A stretch of DNA of 64,000 nt, from the NCBI GenBank assembly GCA_964644695.1, contig CAZXWN010000015.1:1-64000 (forward strand), given 5' to 3'. Made by a program: the position numbers and the translations under genes. This DNA comes from an uncultured bacterium (GTDB lineage Bacteria > UBP4 > UBA4092). Below the pieces are notes generated by a model. It saw only the letters and a list, made by a program, of their open reading frames with translations, made no database searches and was not told the DNA's origin. How positions within the stretch are numbered: position 1 is the stretch's first letter; every line of letters begins with the position of its first letter. This document shows positions 49,174-60,263 of this stretch, piece after piece.

Positions 49174-50943
49174 ATGTTCAAAACACTTCGCCAGCGATGG
49201 CTGTTTTATTTTATTTTACTTCTGATTCTGACGACAATTGTATTAGATACGGTTGTCCAGAAATCCCTCCGTGATTTTCTTCGAAACCTGTCTTTAATTC
49301 AATTGGAACGGGATACAAATCTGGTTGCTTTGGTCGTGGATAAAGAATCCCTTATCCTAAAAGATGCGGTGGATTATAAGAGGCTGGCGGATGAACTTTC
49401 AATACGATTGAAAGCAAGGGTTACCTTTATTGATGCAAAAGGAGTGGTATCCGGAGACTCAGATATTGCTCCTGAGAATTTGCGTGAAATTGAAAATCAC
49501 GCCAATCGGCCGGAAGTAATAGCTGCCTATAAAGGTGTCCCCGGTCGAGGTATCAGATATTCCCATACCTTAAAAGTAGATATGGCCTATGTTGCCATTC
49601 CGATGAAAAAAGGGGAGCAAATCGTTGGAGTTATAAGGGTGTCTCGGCCCCTATTTATAATTGATTCTATTATTCGTGATGTTCGGAAAATCCTCTTTAT
49701 TGGTTCTGTTCTTGCTATTACTCTTGCTTCATTAGTTGGTTTGTTTTTCATTAACCGGATGGTGAAACCGATTCGTCAGATGATTGAGGCGGCTCAACAA
49801 ATATCACAGGAACGGTTCTTTCATAAAATTCGTACTAATTCTCAGGATGAATTGCAGATTCTGGCAGATGCGCTGAATGTCATGTCGGATAAATTAGAGT
49901 CCCGATTCCGAAATATCCAGGAAGAGAAGCAGCAGTTGCAAACTATCTTGGCCAGTATGGCAGAGGGTGTCATGGTCATGGATAAACGGGGTCGAATTAC
50001 TCTCACTAATGAGGCTTTTCGTCGGATTTTCATGGTAAATGATCCCATTATTGATAAAACTCCGATTGAAATTATTCGTAATCCAGAAGTGGCTCAGGCC
50101 TTGATTGATGGTGTCAACAGTGGTCAAATGATCAAAAAGGAAGTTACGTTGGCGGGCAATTCTCCCAAGGTGGTTCGACTATATGCAGCACCTCTCTGGG
50201 ACGATGGAAAACAAGTGGGATTGGTGACTGTGTTCCATGATATTACGGATATTCGGAATTTGGAACAAGTAAGACGAGACTTTGTGGCCAATGTATCCCA
50301 TGAATTAAGAACACCATTGACTGCAGTTCAGGGCTTCTCTGAAACGTTATTAGATGGTGCTTTAGACCAGCCTGATTTTGCTAGAAAGTTTGTTCAGAAT
50401 ATTTATACTCAGACACAGCGGATGACAGCTTTGGTCCTGGATCTTTTGTGTTTGTCTCAAATTGAGTCCGGGAAAATCAGGATGGAGTTTATACCTACCG
50501 ATGTCCGCGATATGATTCGCAGTGCTTTAGAGGTTGTTTCCAGTAAGGCACAAAAGCGGAATGTTACAGTAGATATTCAGATGCCTGATGAACCCGTTAT
50601 GTTGAATCTGGATCGTAAGTATTTTTGTCAGGCACTGATTAATTTGTTAGACAATGCCATTAAATTCTCAGATTCGGGAATGATGGTGCAGTTACTGCTG
50701 AATGTGAAAGATGATGTCGTTACTATTCAGTTGATTGATACGGGGTGTGGAATCCCACAAGAGGATTTGCCTCGTATCTTCGAACGGTTTTACCGGGTAG
50801 ATAAATCAAGATCTGCTGAGACAGAAGGTACAGGCTTGGGGTTAGCCATCTGTCGTCATATTGTAGAAGTGCATCATGGAACTATTGCTGCTGAGAGTGT
50901 CCTTGGTAAAGGCACGTCTTTTATTCTTTCTTTCAAGCAATAA
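49174..50943 (+). CDS. phoR: Phosphate regulon sensor histidine kinase
   Basis: ENHANRPEV, HAMP, PAS, FVANVSHELRTPLT, NLLDNAIK, RFYRVDKSRS, GTGLGL. Confidence 0.92.
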   Translation: MFKTLRQRWLFYFILLLILTTIVLDTVVQKSLRDFLRNLSLIQLERDTNLVALVVDKESLILKDAVDYKRLADELSIRLKARVTFIDAKGVVSGDSDIAPENLREIENHANRPEVIAAYKGVPGRGIRYSHTLKVDMAYVAIPMKKGEQIVGVIRVSRPLFIIDSIIRDVRKILFIGSVLAITLASLVGLFFINRMVKPIRQMIEAAQQISQERFFHKIRTNSQDELQILADALNVMSDKLESRFRNIQEEKQQLQTILASMAEGVMVMDKRGRITLTNEAFRRIFMVNDPIIDKTPIEIIRNPEVAQALIDGVNSGQMIKKEVTLAGNSPKVVRLYAAPLWDDGKQVGLVTVFHDITDIRNLEQVRRDFVANVSHELRTPLTAVQGFSETLLDGALDQPDFARKFVQNIYTQTQRMTALVLDLLCLSQIESGKIRMEFIPTDVRDMIRSALEVVSSKAQKRNVTVDIQMPDEPVMLNLDRKYFCQALINLLDNAIKFSDSGMMVQLLLNVKDDVVTIQLIDTGCGIPQEDLPRIFERFYRVDKSRSAETEGTGLGLAICRHIVEVHHGTIAAESVLGKGTSFILSFKQ

Positions 50944-51020
50944 GTTGTAAGTATTATTTCCATTCTTTCCTGTATTATTTATATCCTGCCTTTTGGTTTC
51001 GATCTCTCCTTTTTGAATGA

Positions 51021-51078
51021 TTCACAGAATGTTACAGAACTAACTCAGATGCAATTATTCTGTAATCAGAATGTAATA
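51021..51078 (+). promoter_or_regulatory. Pho box array upstream of pstS
   Basis: TTCACA/GTTACA, then CTAACT (51040), GCAATT (51051), GTAATC (51062) and GTAATA (51073) at 11-bp spacing. Confidence 0.55.
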
Positions 51079-51122
51079 TGTAACACCTATTCTAATAATT
51101 GAAGACTTATAAAGGAGAAAAA

Positions 51123-51992
51123 ATGTATAAGAAAAATGTTGGTTTAATGAGAACTGTATTGATTTTGGCATGTTTGACGATGTCTGTTTCATGGGTTTTT
51201 GCAAAGGAAACTATTTCAATTAAAGGTTCTGATACTCTGGTCATCCTTGGACAACGCTGGGCTGAAGTGTACATGAAGAAAAATCCTGGTGTCCAGGTTC
51301 AGGTAACAGGCGGCGGTACAGGGACTGGCATTGCGGCGCTCATTAATGGCACTACAGACATTTGTGAAGCATCAAGACCCATGAAAGATAAAGAAAAGGC
51401 CGATTTGAAATTAAAACGGAAATCTGTTGCCAATGAGATCCCTGTTGCATTGGATGGTATTTCATTGTTTGTACATGCAAAAAATCCAATTAAGTCACTT
51501 ACCTTAGCGCAAATTCGGGATATCTATACCGGGGAAATCACAAATTGGAATCAGCTGGGTGGTCCTAATGCCAAGATTGTTTTATATGGTCGTGAGAACA
51601 ACTCTGGGACCTATGCGTATTTTAAAGAACATGTGTTGCAGGATGATGATTTTGTTCCGCAAACCCAAACCCTTCCAGGAACGGCCGCCATTATTAATGC
51701 CGTTGCCCGGGATCCGAAAGGTATTGGATATGGTGGGATTGCTTATGCCAAAGGGGTTCGTGCCGTAAGTGTAAGTAAGGATGCGAAGTCTCCTGCTTAT
51801 GCTCCTAATGAAGCAAATGTTGAATCAGGTATTTATCCTATTAGTAGATATTTGTTCTGGTACACTGCAGGAACACCAAAACCCAGTATTCAGAAGCTCG
51901 TTAACTGGGTCCAGACTTCCGAAGGGCAGGGCATCGTAAAGAATGTGGGTTATTATCCACTTCCCAAAAAACTGCACAAGAAATCCAAGTGA
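51123..51992 (+). CDS. pstS: Phosphate ABC transporter substrate-binding protein
   Basis: Signal peptide, IKGSDT, GGGTGTGIAAL, RENNSGT, YPISRYL; AAGGAG RBS. Confidence 0.95.
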   Translation: MYKKNVGLMRTVLILACLTMSVSWVFAKETISIKGSDTLVILGQRWAEVYMKKNPGVQVQVTGGGTGTGIAALINGTTDICEASRPMKDKEKADLKLKRKSVANEIPVALDGISLFVHAKNPIKSLTLAQIRDIYTGEITNWNQLGGPNAKIVLYGRENNSGTYAYFKEHVLQDDDFVPQTQTLPGTAAIINAVARDPKGIGYGGIAYAKGVRAVSVSKDAKSPAYAPNEANVESGIYPISRYLFWYTAGTPKPSIQKLVNWVQTSEGQGIVKNVGYYPLPKKLHKKSK

Positions 51993-52022
51993 TTAGATTA
52001 AAACTGGAAGGCCTTCCAAACC

Positions 52023-52970
52023 ATGGTTTTATTTAAAAAGAAGATTCGTTGGACCGAATTGGTAATTGAAAACACGATACGTCTGACAGCCTGGACATCA
52101 ATCCTGGCAATTGTATTGATCTTTCTTTTTGTGGGGAGGGAGGCTATTCCCATATTTACAAGTTCGGAAGTAAAACAGGAAGCCAGTATCCAAAAGATGT
52201 TTTTGCCACAACAGTTTCGGCCTGATCGCCCACCTAAATTAGTGTGGCAGCCAGTCTCCACTGTCCCCAAGTATAGTCTTTACCCTCTTATAGTCGGAAC
52301 TCTAAAAGTAACTTTAGTAGCTATTTTATTTGCTGTGCCCTTGGCTATTGCTGCTGCTTTATATACAGCGGAATTTGCCAAACCCAGACTTAGAGAGATT
52401 ATTAAGCCGGTGATTGAATTGTTGGCCAGTATTCCATCGGTGGTTATAGGTTTTTTCGCTCTTATGGTGTTGGCCAGCATTATCCAGAGTATATTACATC
52501 TGGATTACAGGCTGAATGGAATTAATGCAGGTATTGCTTTAGGCTTGGCAATTATTCCTGTAATTTATACTGTCTCTGAAGATGCTTTGAATTCAGTTCC
52601 CAGAAGTTATAAAGAAGCTTCGCTGGCAGTTGGAGCCACTCGATGGCAGACTGCATGGAAGGTTGTATTGCCTGCGGCATTTCCAGGGATTGCCGCTGCA
52701 GTCATCCTGGGATTTGGAAGGGCCTTCGGAGAAACAATGATTGTCTTGATGGCATCAGGAAACGCTGCTGTTGGCAACTGGGATTTTACTCAATCCGTCA
52801 GAACCTTATCTGCAACTATTGCCACAGAACTAGCCGAAGTAGTTCATGGAAGTGCTCACTACCATGTACTGTTTTTCATAGGAGTCTTTTTGTTCATTAT
52901 CACTTTTGGAATTAATTTCCTGGGCAGTTGGTTTATCTCAAAATTCAAATCGAAATTGTCAGGAGTTTGA
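52023..52970 (+). CDS. pstC: Phosphate ABC transporter permease
   Basis: ELLASIPSVVIG, EASLAVGATRWQ, GRAFGETM. Confidence 0.95.
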   Translation: MVLFKKKIRWTELVIENTIRLTAWTSILAIVLIFLFVGREAIPIFTSSEVKQEASIQKMFLPQQFRPDRPPKLVWQPVSTVPKYSLYPLIVGTLKVTLVAILFAVPLAIAAALYTAEFAKPRLREIIKPVIELLASIPSVVIGFFALMVLASIIQSILHLDYRLNGINAGIALGLAIIPVIYTVSEDALNSVPRSYKEASLAVGATRWQTAWKVVLPAAFPGIAAAVILGFGRAFGETMIVLMASGNAAVGNWDFTQSVRTLSATIATELAEVVHGSAHYHVLFFIGVFLFIITFGINFLGSWFISKFKSKLSGV

Positions 52971-52976
52971 TTCGTT

Positions 52977-53912
52977 ATGCTGTCAAAACGAATATCAAAT
53001 TATAAAACCCGACTTTGGAGTGGGTTGTTTGAGAACCTGACCTTGGTGGCAACTCTGGTTATTTTAGCATTGTTGTTTATTATCCTGGGCAATGTTGTGT
53101 GGTTTGGTTGGAAGAGTATGACCTGGAGTTTTCTAACGACTTCACCTTCTGATGGAATGACAGGGGGAGGGATATTTCCCTGTATCGTCGGAACATTAGC
53201 TCTGGTACTGTTAATGACCGTTATGGCTATTCCTTTGGGAGTTATGACAGCCATTTATTTGAATGAATATGCGGGAGATAATTCTCTAATAACTAAGGTT
53301 GTCCGGTTGGCTGTCAACAATTTGGCCGGCGTTCCCTCAATCGTATTTGGATTATTTGGTTTAGGTTTCTTTGTGTATTTTGTGGGGTCGCAGATTGATC
53401 AGCAAGTACTGCGCTTAGGTCCGGATGCCAGTCCAGTGTGGGGTCAACCTGCGCTGATATGGGCTGCCATGACAATGGCACTGTTAACTCTGCCTGTTGT
53501 TATTGTTACGACGGAAGAAGCTATCCGAGCAATTCCCAGAGATATTCGTGAGGCCAGCTATGCTCTGGGTGCGACAAGATGGCAAACTATTTATAAGGTA
53601 GTTTTACCGCAGGCTCTTCCTGGTATTTATACAGGAGGGATATTAGCAGTAAGTCGTGGTGCAGGTGAGGTCGCTCCCATCTTATTCCTGGGTGCTGCCT
53701 ATTTTTTACCAAACTTACCTTCTAAAGCGACAGATCAATTCATGGTATTGGGTTACCATGTTTTTATCCTTTCGACGCAGTCACCGGATGTTGAATTAAC
53801 GAAACCTATTCTCTATGGGACGGTTTTAGTCCTGTTACTCCTGACATTCACACTGAATTTTATCGCCATAATAATCCGTAGCAAGATTCGCCGGAAACTG
53901 CATAATGCTTGA
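52977..53912 (+). CDS. pstA: Phosphate ABC transporter permease
   Basis: [44 protein letters not shown]. Confidence 0.95.
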   Translation: MLSKRISNYKTRLWSGLFENLTLVATLVILALLFIILGNVVWFGWKSMTWSFLTTSPSDGMTGGGIFPCIVGTLALVLLMTVMAIPLGVMTAIYLNEYAGDNSLITKVVRLAVNNLAGVPSIVFGLFGLGFFVYFVGSQIDQQVLRLGPDASPVWGQPALIWAAMTMALLTLPVVIVTTEEAIRAIPRDIREASYALGATRWQTIYKVVLPQALPGIYTGGILAVSRGAGEVAPILFLGAAYFLPNLPSKATDQFMVLGYHVFILSTQSPDVELTKPILYGTVLVLLLLTFTLNFIAIIIRSKIRRKLHNA

Positions 53913-53923
53913 GGAAATGCCTA

Positions 53924-54814
53924 ATGAATGAACTTTTGGTCCGCGATGATGAGGAAACTGAAATGAGCCAGAATACACCGGAAATTACTGAACAACGGAG
54001 TATGAATAGTGGGGCTTTGTCACGACTCGTAAATTCTGTTGCCAGTGAATTGGCTGACTGTAAAATTAAAATGCAGACAAATGAGTTAGGTGTGTTTTAT
54101 GGGAATAACCATGTTTTGCATAAGGTGTCCTTGCGGATTCCCGAAAAAATGATTGTGGCTCTTATTGGACCTTCAGGCTGTGGTAAATCAACTTATCTGC
54201 GAACATTAAACCGGATGAATGATTTGGTGCCTGGTTTTCATAAGGATGGCAGTATTTTACTTGATGGAACGGATATCTATTCAAAAGAGATCGATGTTAT
54301 AGAAATTCGCAGACGCGTAGGAATGGTATTCCAAAGATCAAACCCCTTTCCAAAATCAATATTTGATAATGTAGCTTATGGGCTTCGTATCAACTACAAA
54401 TTATCTGTGAGTGAACTGGAAGATCGTGTGGAATACAGTTTGAAATCAGCTGCGTTGTGGGATGAAGTCCATGACCGGCTTCATCACTCGGCCCTAGGAC
54501 TATCTGGCGGACAACAGCAGAGGCTTTGTATTGCCAGAGCTTTGGCAATTCAGCCGGAAGTGATATTGATGGATGAACCGGCATCAGCCCTGGATCCGAT
54601 TGCTACGGCTAAAATTGAGGAGCTGGTTCTGGAGCTTAAGAAAGACTATACAATCGCCATCGTGACACATAACATGCAGCAGGCGGCCCGAATCAGTGAT
54701 TATACGGCGTTTTTCTGGCTAGGGAAACTGATAGAATATGACCAGACTGAAAAGATATTTACCAATCCAACTCAGAAACTAACCGAAGACTATGTAACAG
54801 GGCGGTTTGGTTGA
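53924..54814 (+). CDS. pstB: Phosphate ABC transporter ATP-binding protein
   Basis: [35 protein letters not shown]. Confidence 0.97.
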   Translation: MNELLVRDDEETEMSQNTPEITEQRSMNSGALSRLVNSVASELADCKIKMQTNELGVFYGNNHVLHKVSLRIPEKMIVALIGPSGCGKSTYLRTLNRMNDLVPGFHKDGSILLDGTDIYSKEIDVIEIRRRVGMVFQRSNPFPKSIFDNVAYGLRINYKLSVSELEDRVEYSLKSAALWDEVHDRLHHSALGLSGGQQQRLCIARALAIQPEVILMDEPASALDPIATAKIEELVLELKKDYTIAIVTHNMQQAARISDYTAFFWLGKLIEYDQTEKIFTNPTQKLTEDYVTGRFG

Positions 54815-54830
54815 TATAAAGGGAGTAAAG

Positions 54831-55487
54831 ATGCAAAGACATTTTGATGATGAACTGCAGCATTTAAAAGAACAACTCCTTTTGATGGGAGGAAGTGTCG
54901 AGACGGCTATCAATAAGAGTATTCGCGCACTGACAGACCGTAACTCCGACCTGGCACAAGATGTTATCGCCCATGATGAAGATATTGATCAGATGGAGAT
55001 CTCCGTTGATAATGTCTGTCTTCGACTTCTTGCCTTGTATCAGCCGACGGCAGCAGATCTCAGATTCATTACAGCGAGCATTTTAATCAACAGTAATCTG
55101 GAGCGGATTGCTGATCAGGCGGTCAATATTGCGGAACGCGCACTGGAGCTGAATCTACAACCCATTTTAAAACCTTTGATTGATATTCCCCGCATGTCCA
55201 GAATTGCTGAGGAAATGACCATGAAGAGTCTGGATGCTCTTGTGCAGCGGGATGCCGACAAAGCCAGAGCTGTTCGGATGATGGATAATGAACTGGATGA
55301 TCTCAATGAGCAGGTGTTCAGAGAATTGTTGACCTATATGATGAGTGATGGGAGTACGATTACTCGTGCGGTTCACTTGATATTGATTTCCAGGAGTCTG
55401 GAACGTATTGGAGATCACGCCACGAATATCGCTGAGGAAGTAATATTTATGGTGGAAGGGGCTGTGGTCAAACATTCGGCCCGGTAA
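54831..55487 (+). CDS. phoU: Phosphate signalling complex protein
   Basis: QPTAADLR, LERIADQAVNIAE, LERIGDHATNIAE. Confidence 0.96.
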   Translation: MQRHFDDELQHLKEQLLLMGGSVETAINKSIRALTDRNSDLAQDVIAHDEDIDQMEISVDNVCLRLLALYQPTAADLRFITASILINSNLERIADQAVNIAERALELNLQPILKPLIDIPRMSRIAEEMTMKSLDALVQRDADKARAVRMMDNELDDLNEQVFRELLTYMMSDGSTITRAVHLILISRSLERIGDHATNIAEEVIFMVEGAVVKHSAR

Positions 55488-55503
55488 GTAAAATAGAAAT
55501 AAT

Positions 55504-55538
55504 AAAGAAGCGGTCTTGTGAGGCCGCTTCTTTTTATT
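55504..55538. terminator. Bidirectional terminator
   Basis: AAAGAAGCGGTCT-TGTG-AGGCCGCTTCTTT followed by TTT. Confidence 0.8.
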
Positions 55539-55548
55539 TATCGCACGT

Positions 55549-56736
55549 TTAACTGTATATCAAAAAGGGTTTTCGGATCTCTTTGAACTGTTCACTGTCA
55601 TGTACCCACTCATTCCAAACCGTCTCTATGGACACTCCGGAAGAAATAGCTGTTCGGACCCGGTCTGAACCTAACAGATTATCAATGAAAAACCGTTCAT
55701 ACTTGATCCATTCAAAATCATTACTAAATAAATGATTAAGGGCATATAGGACATGAAGTCCTGTCAGTGTGGGGATAAATTGATTGCGGTCTAAGACATG
55801 AACCTGGATTCCATGACAAACCTTCTTTTCGTTTTTACTATAAAACGGCGTGAAGAAGGTATGGCGAAACTTCATGCCTGGAAGATTTTTCTCATTAAGA
55901 TAATCGGTCAACAAATCCGCATCAATATAAGGAGCACCGACCCACTCAAAGGGTCGGACTGTGCCTCGGCCTTCAGAGAGATTCGTTCCTTCAATAAAAC
56001 ACATTCCGGGAAAAACAATTGCTGTTTCAAGAGTGGCAAAGTTGGGAGAGGGTGGGATCCAGGCAAGCCCCGTCTGGTCATACCACATGGAACGAGACCA
56101 ATCCTTCATCGGAATAATGACCAGGTTTTCCCCGTTATAGTCTCCACTGACACCGGCGATATATTCCTTCATACCCAGGTTGAATTGGGCATTATAAAAT
56201 CTGGCTAATTCCCCCTGTGTGAGGCCATAGCGGATAGGAATAGGACTGTATCCGACAAATGTTCGAAAGTTCATATCCAGAATACTACCTTCTATCTGAT
56301 TCCCATTGATAGGATTTGGCCGGTCTAATACAATAAAAGTCTTATTTTCCTCAATGCAGGCCTCAGCTGTATCCAGCAGAGTTGAAATGAACGTGTAAAA
56401 CCGAGCTCCGGAATCCTGCATGTCAATAATAACGACATCAACATGAGATAGCATCTCAGGGGAAGGTTTATGGTTATTTCCATAGAGAGAAAAAACAGGT
56501 ATCCCTGTCTTTGCATCGGTGTAGGAATCGATCGATTCCCCTTCCTTTGCGGCGGCTCTGAATCCATGTTCCGGAGCAAAAATGGCAGTCAAATTGACCT
56601 TAGCGTTGACAAGCGCATCGACATTTTGGATCAGGTCTCTTGTAACCCCACTGGGATTGGTAATGATTCCCACCCTTTTCCCTTCAACAATACTAAGATA
56701 AGAATTTAATAATTGTTCTAAACCGGTCGTAACCAT
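55549..56736 (-). CDS. namZ: DUF1343 family exo-beta-N-acetylmuramidase
   Basis: GKRVGIITNPSG, FAPEHG, DMQDSGARFYT, LDRPNP, PPSPN, EGTNLSEGRGT. Confidence 0.9.
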   Translation of the reverse strand: MVTTGLEQLLNSYLSIVEGKRVGIITNPSGVTRDLIQNVDALVNAKVNLTAIFAPEHGFRAAAKEGESIDSYTDAKTGIPVFSLYGNNHKPSPEMLSHVDVVIIDMQDSGARFYTFISTLLDTAEACIEENKTFIVLDRPNPINGNQIEGSILDMNFRTFVGYSPIPIRYGLTQGELARFYNAQFNLGMKEYIAGVSGDYNGENLVIIPMKDWSRSMWYDQTGLAWIPPSPNFATLETAIVFPGMCFIEGTNLSEGRGTVRPFEWVGAPYIDADLLTDYLNEKNLPGMKFRHTFFTPFYSKNEKKVCHGIQVHVLDRNQFIPTLTGLHVLYALNHLFSNDFEWIKYERFFIDNLLGSDRVRTAISSGVSIETVWNEWVHDSEQFKEIRKPFLIYS

Positions 56737-56924
56737 GTTATCTCCTTATTTCGAAAGAGTGTTCATTAAAAACTCCATCATTCTATCAAATCTTGCAAGT
56801 CTGTATCAGATAGTCGTCCATACGCCGTTCGGGGCTTTAATATTCCCTGTTTTTTTTTGGTAAAAAAGCTGGCAGGGCTTGTCAAAGATGCGAAAATGTG
56901 TTATTTGTTTTACAACCTTAAAAT

Positions 56925-57479
56925 ATGGGGGTAAGAATCATGTTGTTTGGACCTAAGGTAAGGTTATTGGTGGTGCTTCCTCTTTCAGACTTCGATGAAG
57001 AGGAATACAGGGAGATATTAAGGGCCTGTAAAGAGGTAAAAATCGGCGTGGAGATCGCCGCATCTCAGGGGCAAACCTGTGTGGGTTCAGGGGGGACCCG
57101 GGTCAAACCTCACACATCGCTGGATCGTGTGGATATGACTCGGTATGGTGGTTTGGCTTTTGTTGGAGGGTTGGGTGTCAGGGACTATTTCAATAATTTG
57201 TTATGCCATCAGTTGGTACGCCAGGCCTTGCAGATGAAGATGGTGGTCGGGGCTATTGATTATGGACCGATGATTTTAGCTCGAGCGGAGGTGTTACGGA
57301 ATCGCCGGGCTACAGTCCATCCCACGGAAGAAACCCATTTTGTTGCAACAGGGAGTATTTATGAGAATGCTCCGACGGTGATTGATGGGCAGCTCATTAC
57401 TGCACAGGACCATCACGCGTCCCGTGAATTTGCGGATGTGATGGCGGGTGCAGTCTTAAAAACCAGCGTTTTAAAATAA
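56925..57479 (+). CDS. DJ-1/PfpI family protein lacking the nucleophile Cys
   Basis: DFDEEEY, FVGGLG, GAIDYGP (Asp in place of Cys), IDGQLITA. Confidence 0.8.
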   Translation: MGVRIMLFGPKVRLLVVLPLSDFDEEEYREILRACKEVKIGVEIAASQGQTCVGSGGTRVKPHTSLDRVDMTRYGGLAFVGGLGVRDYFNNLLCHQLVRQALQMKMVVGAIDYGPMILARAEVLRNRRATVHPTEETHFVATGSIYENAPTVIDGQLITAQDHHASREFADVMAGAVLKTSVLK

Positions 57480-57496
57480 TCTGAATTCGATTTGTA

Positions 57497-57535
57497 AGAG
57501 TTACTCAGGTATTAATTCCTGGGTAACTCTTTTTA
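57497..57535 (+). terminator. Intrinsic terminator
   Basis: AAGAGTTACTCAGG...CCTGGGTAACTCTT followed by TT. Confidence 0.7.
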
Positions 57536-57615
57536 TTTAGAGTATCCGGGAAACTTTTATTTTTTCAATTTGTTATCATTAATAATGAAATAGATATCAT
57601 TTTTAAATGTGAGTT

Positions 57616-58431
57616 ATGTCTATGTTGAAAGATGTACAGAGTGAAATTGATGTCCGTGGACTGGCCATAGATCAGGTCGGTGTCAAAGGTGTGCGTTACC
57701 CCATTGTTGTTTTAGATAAGAAAAATGTGAAACAACATACCGTGGCGACGATTAATATGTATGTAAATCTACCGCGTGAGTTTCGCGGCACGCACATGAG
57801 CCGATTCATAGAAGTATTGGAAGCTCACCGGGGTGAAATTGCGATTGGACGGATTGAAGCCATCCTGATTGAAATGAAAAGTAAACTCAAAGCCAAGGAT
57901 TCATTTATTGAGATTGAGTTTCCCTATTTCATTGAAAAGAAGGCGCCTGTTACCAAAGCTAAATCCCTCATGGAATACCAGTGCAAATTTATCGGAAAAC
58001 ATAACAGTAATATTGAGTTGTTGATTGAACTCAAGATACCTGTATCGACATTATGTCCCTGTTCAAAATCTATCAGTGACCGGGGAGCTCATAATCAGCG
58101 CGGGATAGTGAAGGTGACCTATGAGTCCCGGGAACTGATCTGGTTGGAAGATATAATTCATGCGGTGGAAGGTTGTGCCAGCAGTGAACTCTATACACTT
58201 CTGAAACGACCGGATGAAAGATATGTCACCGAATATGCCTATGATCATCCGACCTTTGTAGAAGATGTGGTCAGGAATGCGGCGACTGCATTGTCCAAAT
58301 TTGAGGGAATTGATTGGTTCCAGGTAGAGGCTGAGAACTTTGAGTCGATCCATAACCATAACGCATACGCCATGATTTATACCCACAGTTCAAAGAAAAA
58401 AGATATTGCTGAACCCGAATCCACAAAATAA
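57616..58431 (+). CDS. folE2: GTP cyclohydrolase I type 2
   Basis: DVQ, IDQVGVK, GTHMSRF, LCPCSK, GAHNQR, KRPDE, FVED, ESIHNHNA. Confidence 0.95.
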   Translation: MSMLKDVQSEIDVRGLAIDQVGVKGVRYPIVVLDKKNVKQHTVATINMYVNLPREFRGTHMSRFIEVLEAHRGEIAIGRIEAILIEMKSKLKAKDSFIEIEFPYFIEKKAPVTKAKSLMEYQCKFIGKHNSNIELLIELKIPVSTLCPCSKSISDRGAHNQRGIVKVTYESRELIWLEDIIHAVEGCASSELYTLLKRPDERYVTEYAYDHPTFVEDVVRNAATALSKFEGIDWFQVEAENFESIHNHNAYAMIYTHSSKKKDIAEPESTK

Positions 58432-58473
58432 CAGTGAGCAAATCAGATAACGGTTATTGTTCAACAATAGCCG

Positions 58474-60114
58474 TTATTTTATATCCAGGGGTTTGAACTG
58501 AGCCCCATCAACAAACAAATCAAAGAAGTCTTCTTCCTGTTCTAATTCGATATGTTCAATTTTTCGGACAAGATCCTCGACTTCCTGCCGTTTGTTCTGA
58601 TTCAATAATACCTGTCGTGCACCTTCCAATGCGGCATTCCCGATTTTCTTGATCCGGTCAAGAGGGAACGGAGGAATCAATCCTATTTCAATAGCATGTT
58701 CTGGGTCGATATACCAGGCAAATCCACCCGCCAGATAGAAAGTATGGATATCTGACAGATGAAGTCCATATCTTCTTAACAGGATCTTTTGTCCGGCAAT
58801 ATTGGCTGATTTGGCCTGAGCAAGCTCAGAGATATCCGCACGGGAAAAGGTGATTCCTCGATCTTTTACGACCATGAAATAGTTACTGCCATCATGGAAA
58901 CGGCCTAACTCATCCATCAACGCGTTACTTTTGAGCTCAGCCAGAAGGTCAATCAATCCCGAACCGCAGAGGCCATAAGGTTTTCCCTCGCCGATAACAT
59001 GATAATGTACCTGACCCTCTTTGATGGAAACCTTCTCAATCGCACCTTCCACGCCAGACATTCCATAGGTAATTTTCCCGCCTTCAAAGGCCGGACCGGC
59101 TGGGCATGATGCGGCAATGATGCGGTCCTTATTCCCCAAGATAACTTCTGTGTTTGTTCCAATATCGATCATCATCAGGGGTTTGTCACTTTTATCTATC
59201 CCCAGTGTGAGAGCGACAGCGGCCGTATCTGCGCCAACATGACAACCAATCAAGGGCAGGCCATACACCTTTCCCTGAGGATGAATGAATAAGCGAAGGT
59301 CTTTAGCGGTCCGCAGGAGGGATGTGGAAGAAATAACTCCATCTTCAAAATCATATTGAGTAAGGGATTTATAAGGACTGACTCCGATGGTCTCGACATC
59401 TAATCCAAAGAAGATGTCCCGCATGGTGGCATTACCCGCCAGAACTACCTCATAGATTTGTCTTCGGTTCACCGGGAATTTACGGATCTCCTGATTCAGA
59501 AATGAAATAATGGTGTCGTGTAATCGACCTTGATGATCGGATTGATGGTCATAAGATATTCGGTGGAGGACATCGGAACCGCCATATTTCTGAGGATTCT
59601 CAAAAGAGGATACGGCTATCGTTTGTCCCGTTTCCAAATCCACCAGGTTGATGACAACGGTTGTTGTTCCCAAATCTATGGCTAACCCGTATAAATGGCC
59701 CTCATAAGAATCAATCAATTCCTGACCCCAATACACATCATCACCTTTACGATGGGTCAGGGGGGTCAATTCAACTTCGGCGATATTTCCCTGTTGGACG
59801 ATTTGTAATGAGCCCTTGAAAGTCTGGCAATGAATATCAACATTATTCCAGGCCACTTTCGCCTGACAGGCCAGCCGGAAGTATTGTGGATTGGAATCCG
59901 ATGACATAGGTTTCAGGAAAGATTCTCTCTCCGTATAGGGAGAGAGGGCTTCTATTCCCTGTTTGATTTCGATGAGGCATTCCCGGCAAGTCCCGACTCT
60001 GCCGCAGGAGGAGGAAATATGTTTATAAGCGGACTCTGTCTGGTCCGCATGGTCAAAGAGAGTCTTTCCGGGTTGCAGGTCTAGTATTTCATCATTGATA
60101 TAGAGTTTAGCCAT
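58474..60114 (-). CDS. ASKHA/DUF4445 [2Fe-2S] protein, RACo-type reductive activator of corrinoid proteins
   Basis: CGRVGTCREC...RLACQ, AIDLGTTT, DIGTNTE, AGPAFEG, GLCGSG, LAGGF, GNAAL. CAT at 60112-60114 shows the minus strand despite the track label. Confidence 0.9.
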   Translation of the reverse strand: MAKLYINDEILDLQPGKTLFDHADQTESAYKHISSSCGRVGTCRECLIEIKQGIEALSPYTERESFLKPMSSDSNPQYFRLACQAKVAWNNVDIHCQTFKGSLQIVQQGNIAEVELTPLTHRKGDDVYWGQELIDSYEGHLYGLAIDLGTTTVVINLVDLETGQTIAVSSFENPQKYGGSDVLHRISYDHQSDHQGRLHDTIISFLNQEIRKFPVNRRQIYEVVLAGNATMRDIFFGLDVETIGVSPYKSLTQYDFEDGVISSTSLLRTAKDLRLFIHPQGKVYGLPLIGCHVGADTAAVALTLGIDKSDKPLMMIDIGTNTEVILGNKDRIIAASCPAGPAFEGGKITYGMSGVEGAIEKVSIKEGQVHYHVIGEGKPYGLCGSGLIDLLAELKSNALMDELGRFHDGSNYFMVVKDRGITFSRADISELAQAKSANIAGQKILLRRYGLHLSDIHTFYLAGGFAWYIDPEHAIEIGLIPPFPLDRIKKIGNAALEGARQVLLNQNKRQEVEDLVRKIEHIELEQEEDFFDLFVDGAQFKPLDIK

Positions 60115-60263
60115 AATATGTGAAGGTCCGAATAAAAAACAGGGGATCCACCCTGTGATACAGATTCAATTTCTTTCCATTATATAGCAGGAGAGGATAG
60201 GGGCCCAAAATGAAACCGGTCCCGTTGATACGGAACCGGCGATAAATCGTTATGAAGGAAGGA

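Noticed and set aside
58474-60114. ORF track gives + strand for the ASKHA protein
   Set aside because: The translation matches the reverse complement (CAT at 60112-60114); annotated on the minus strand.
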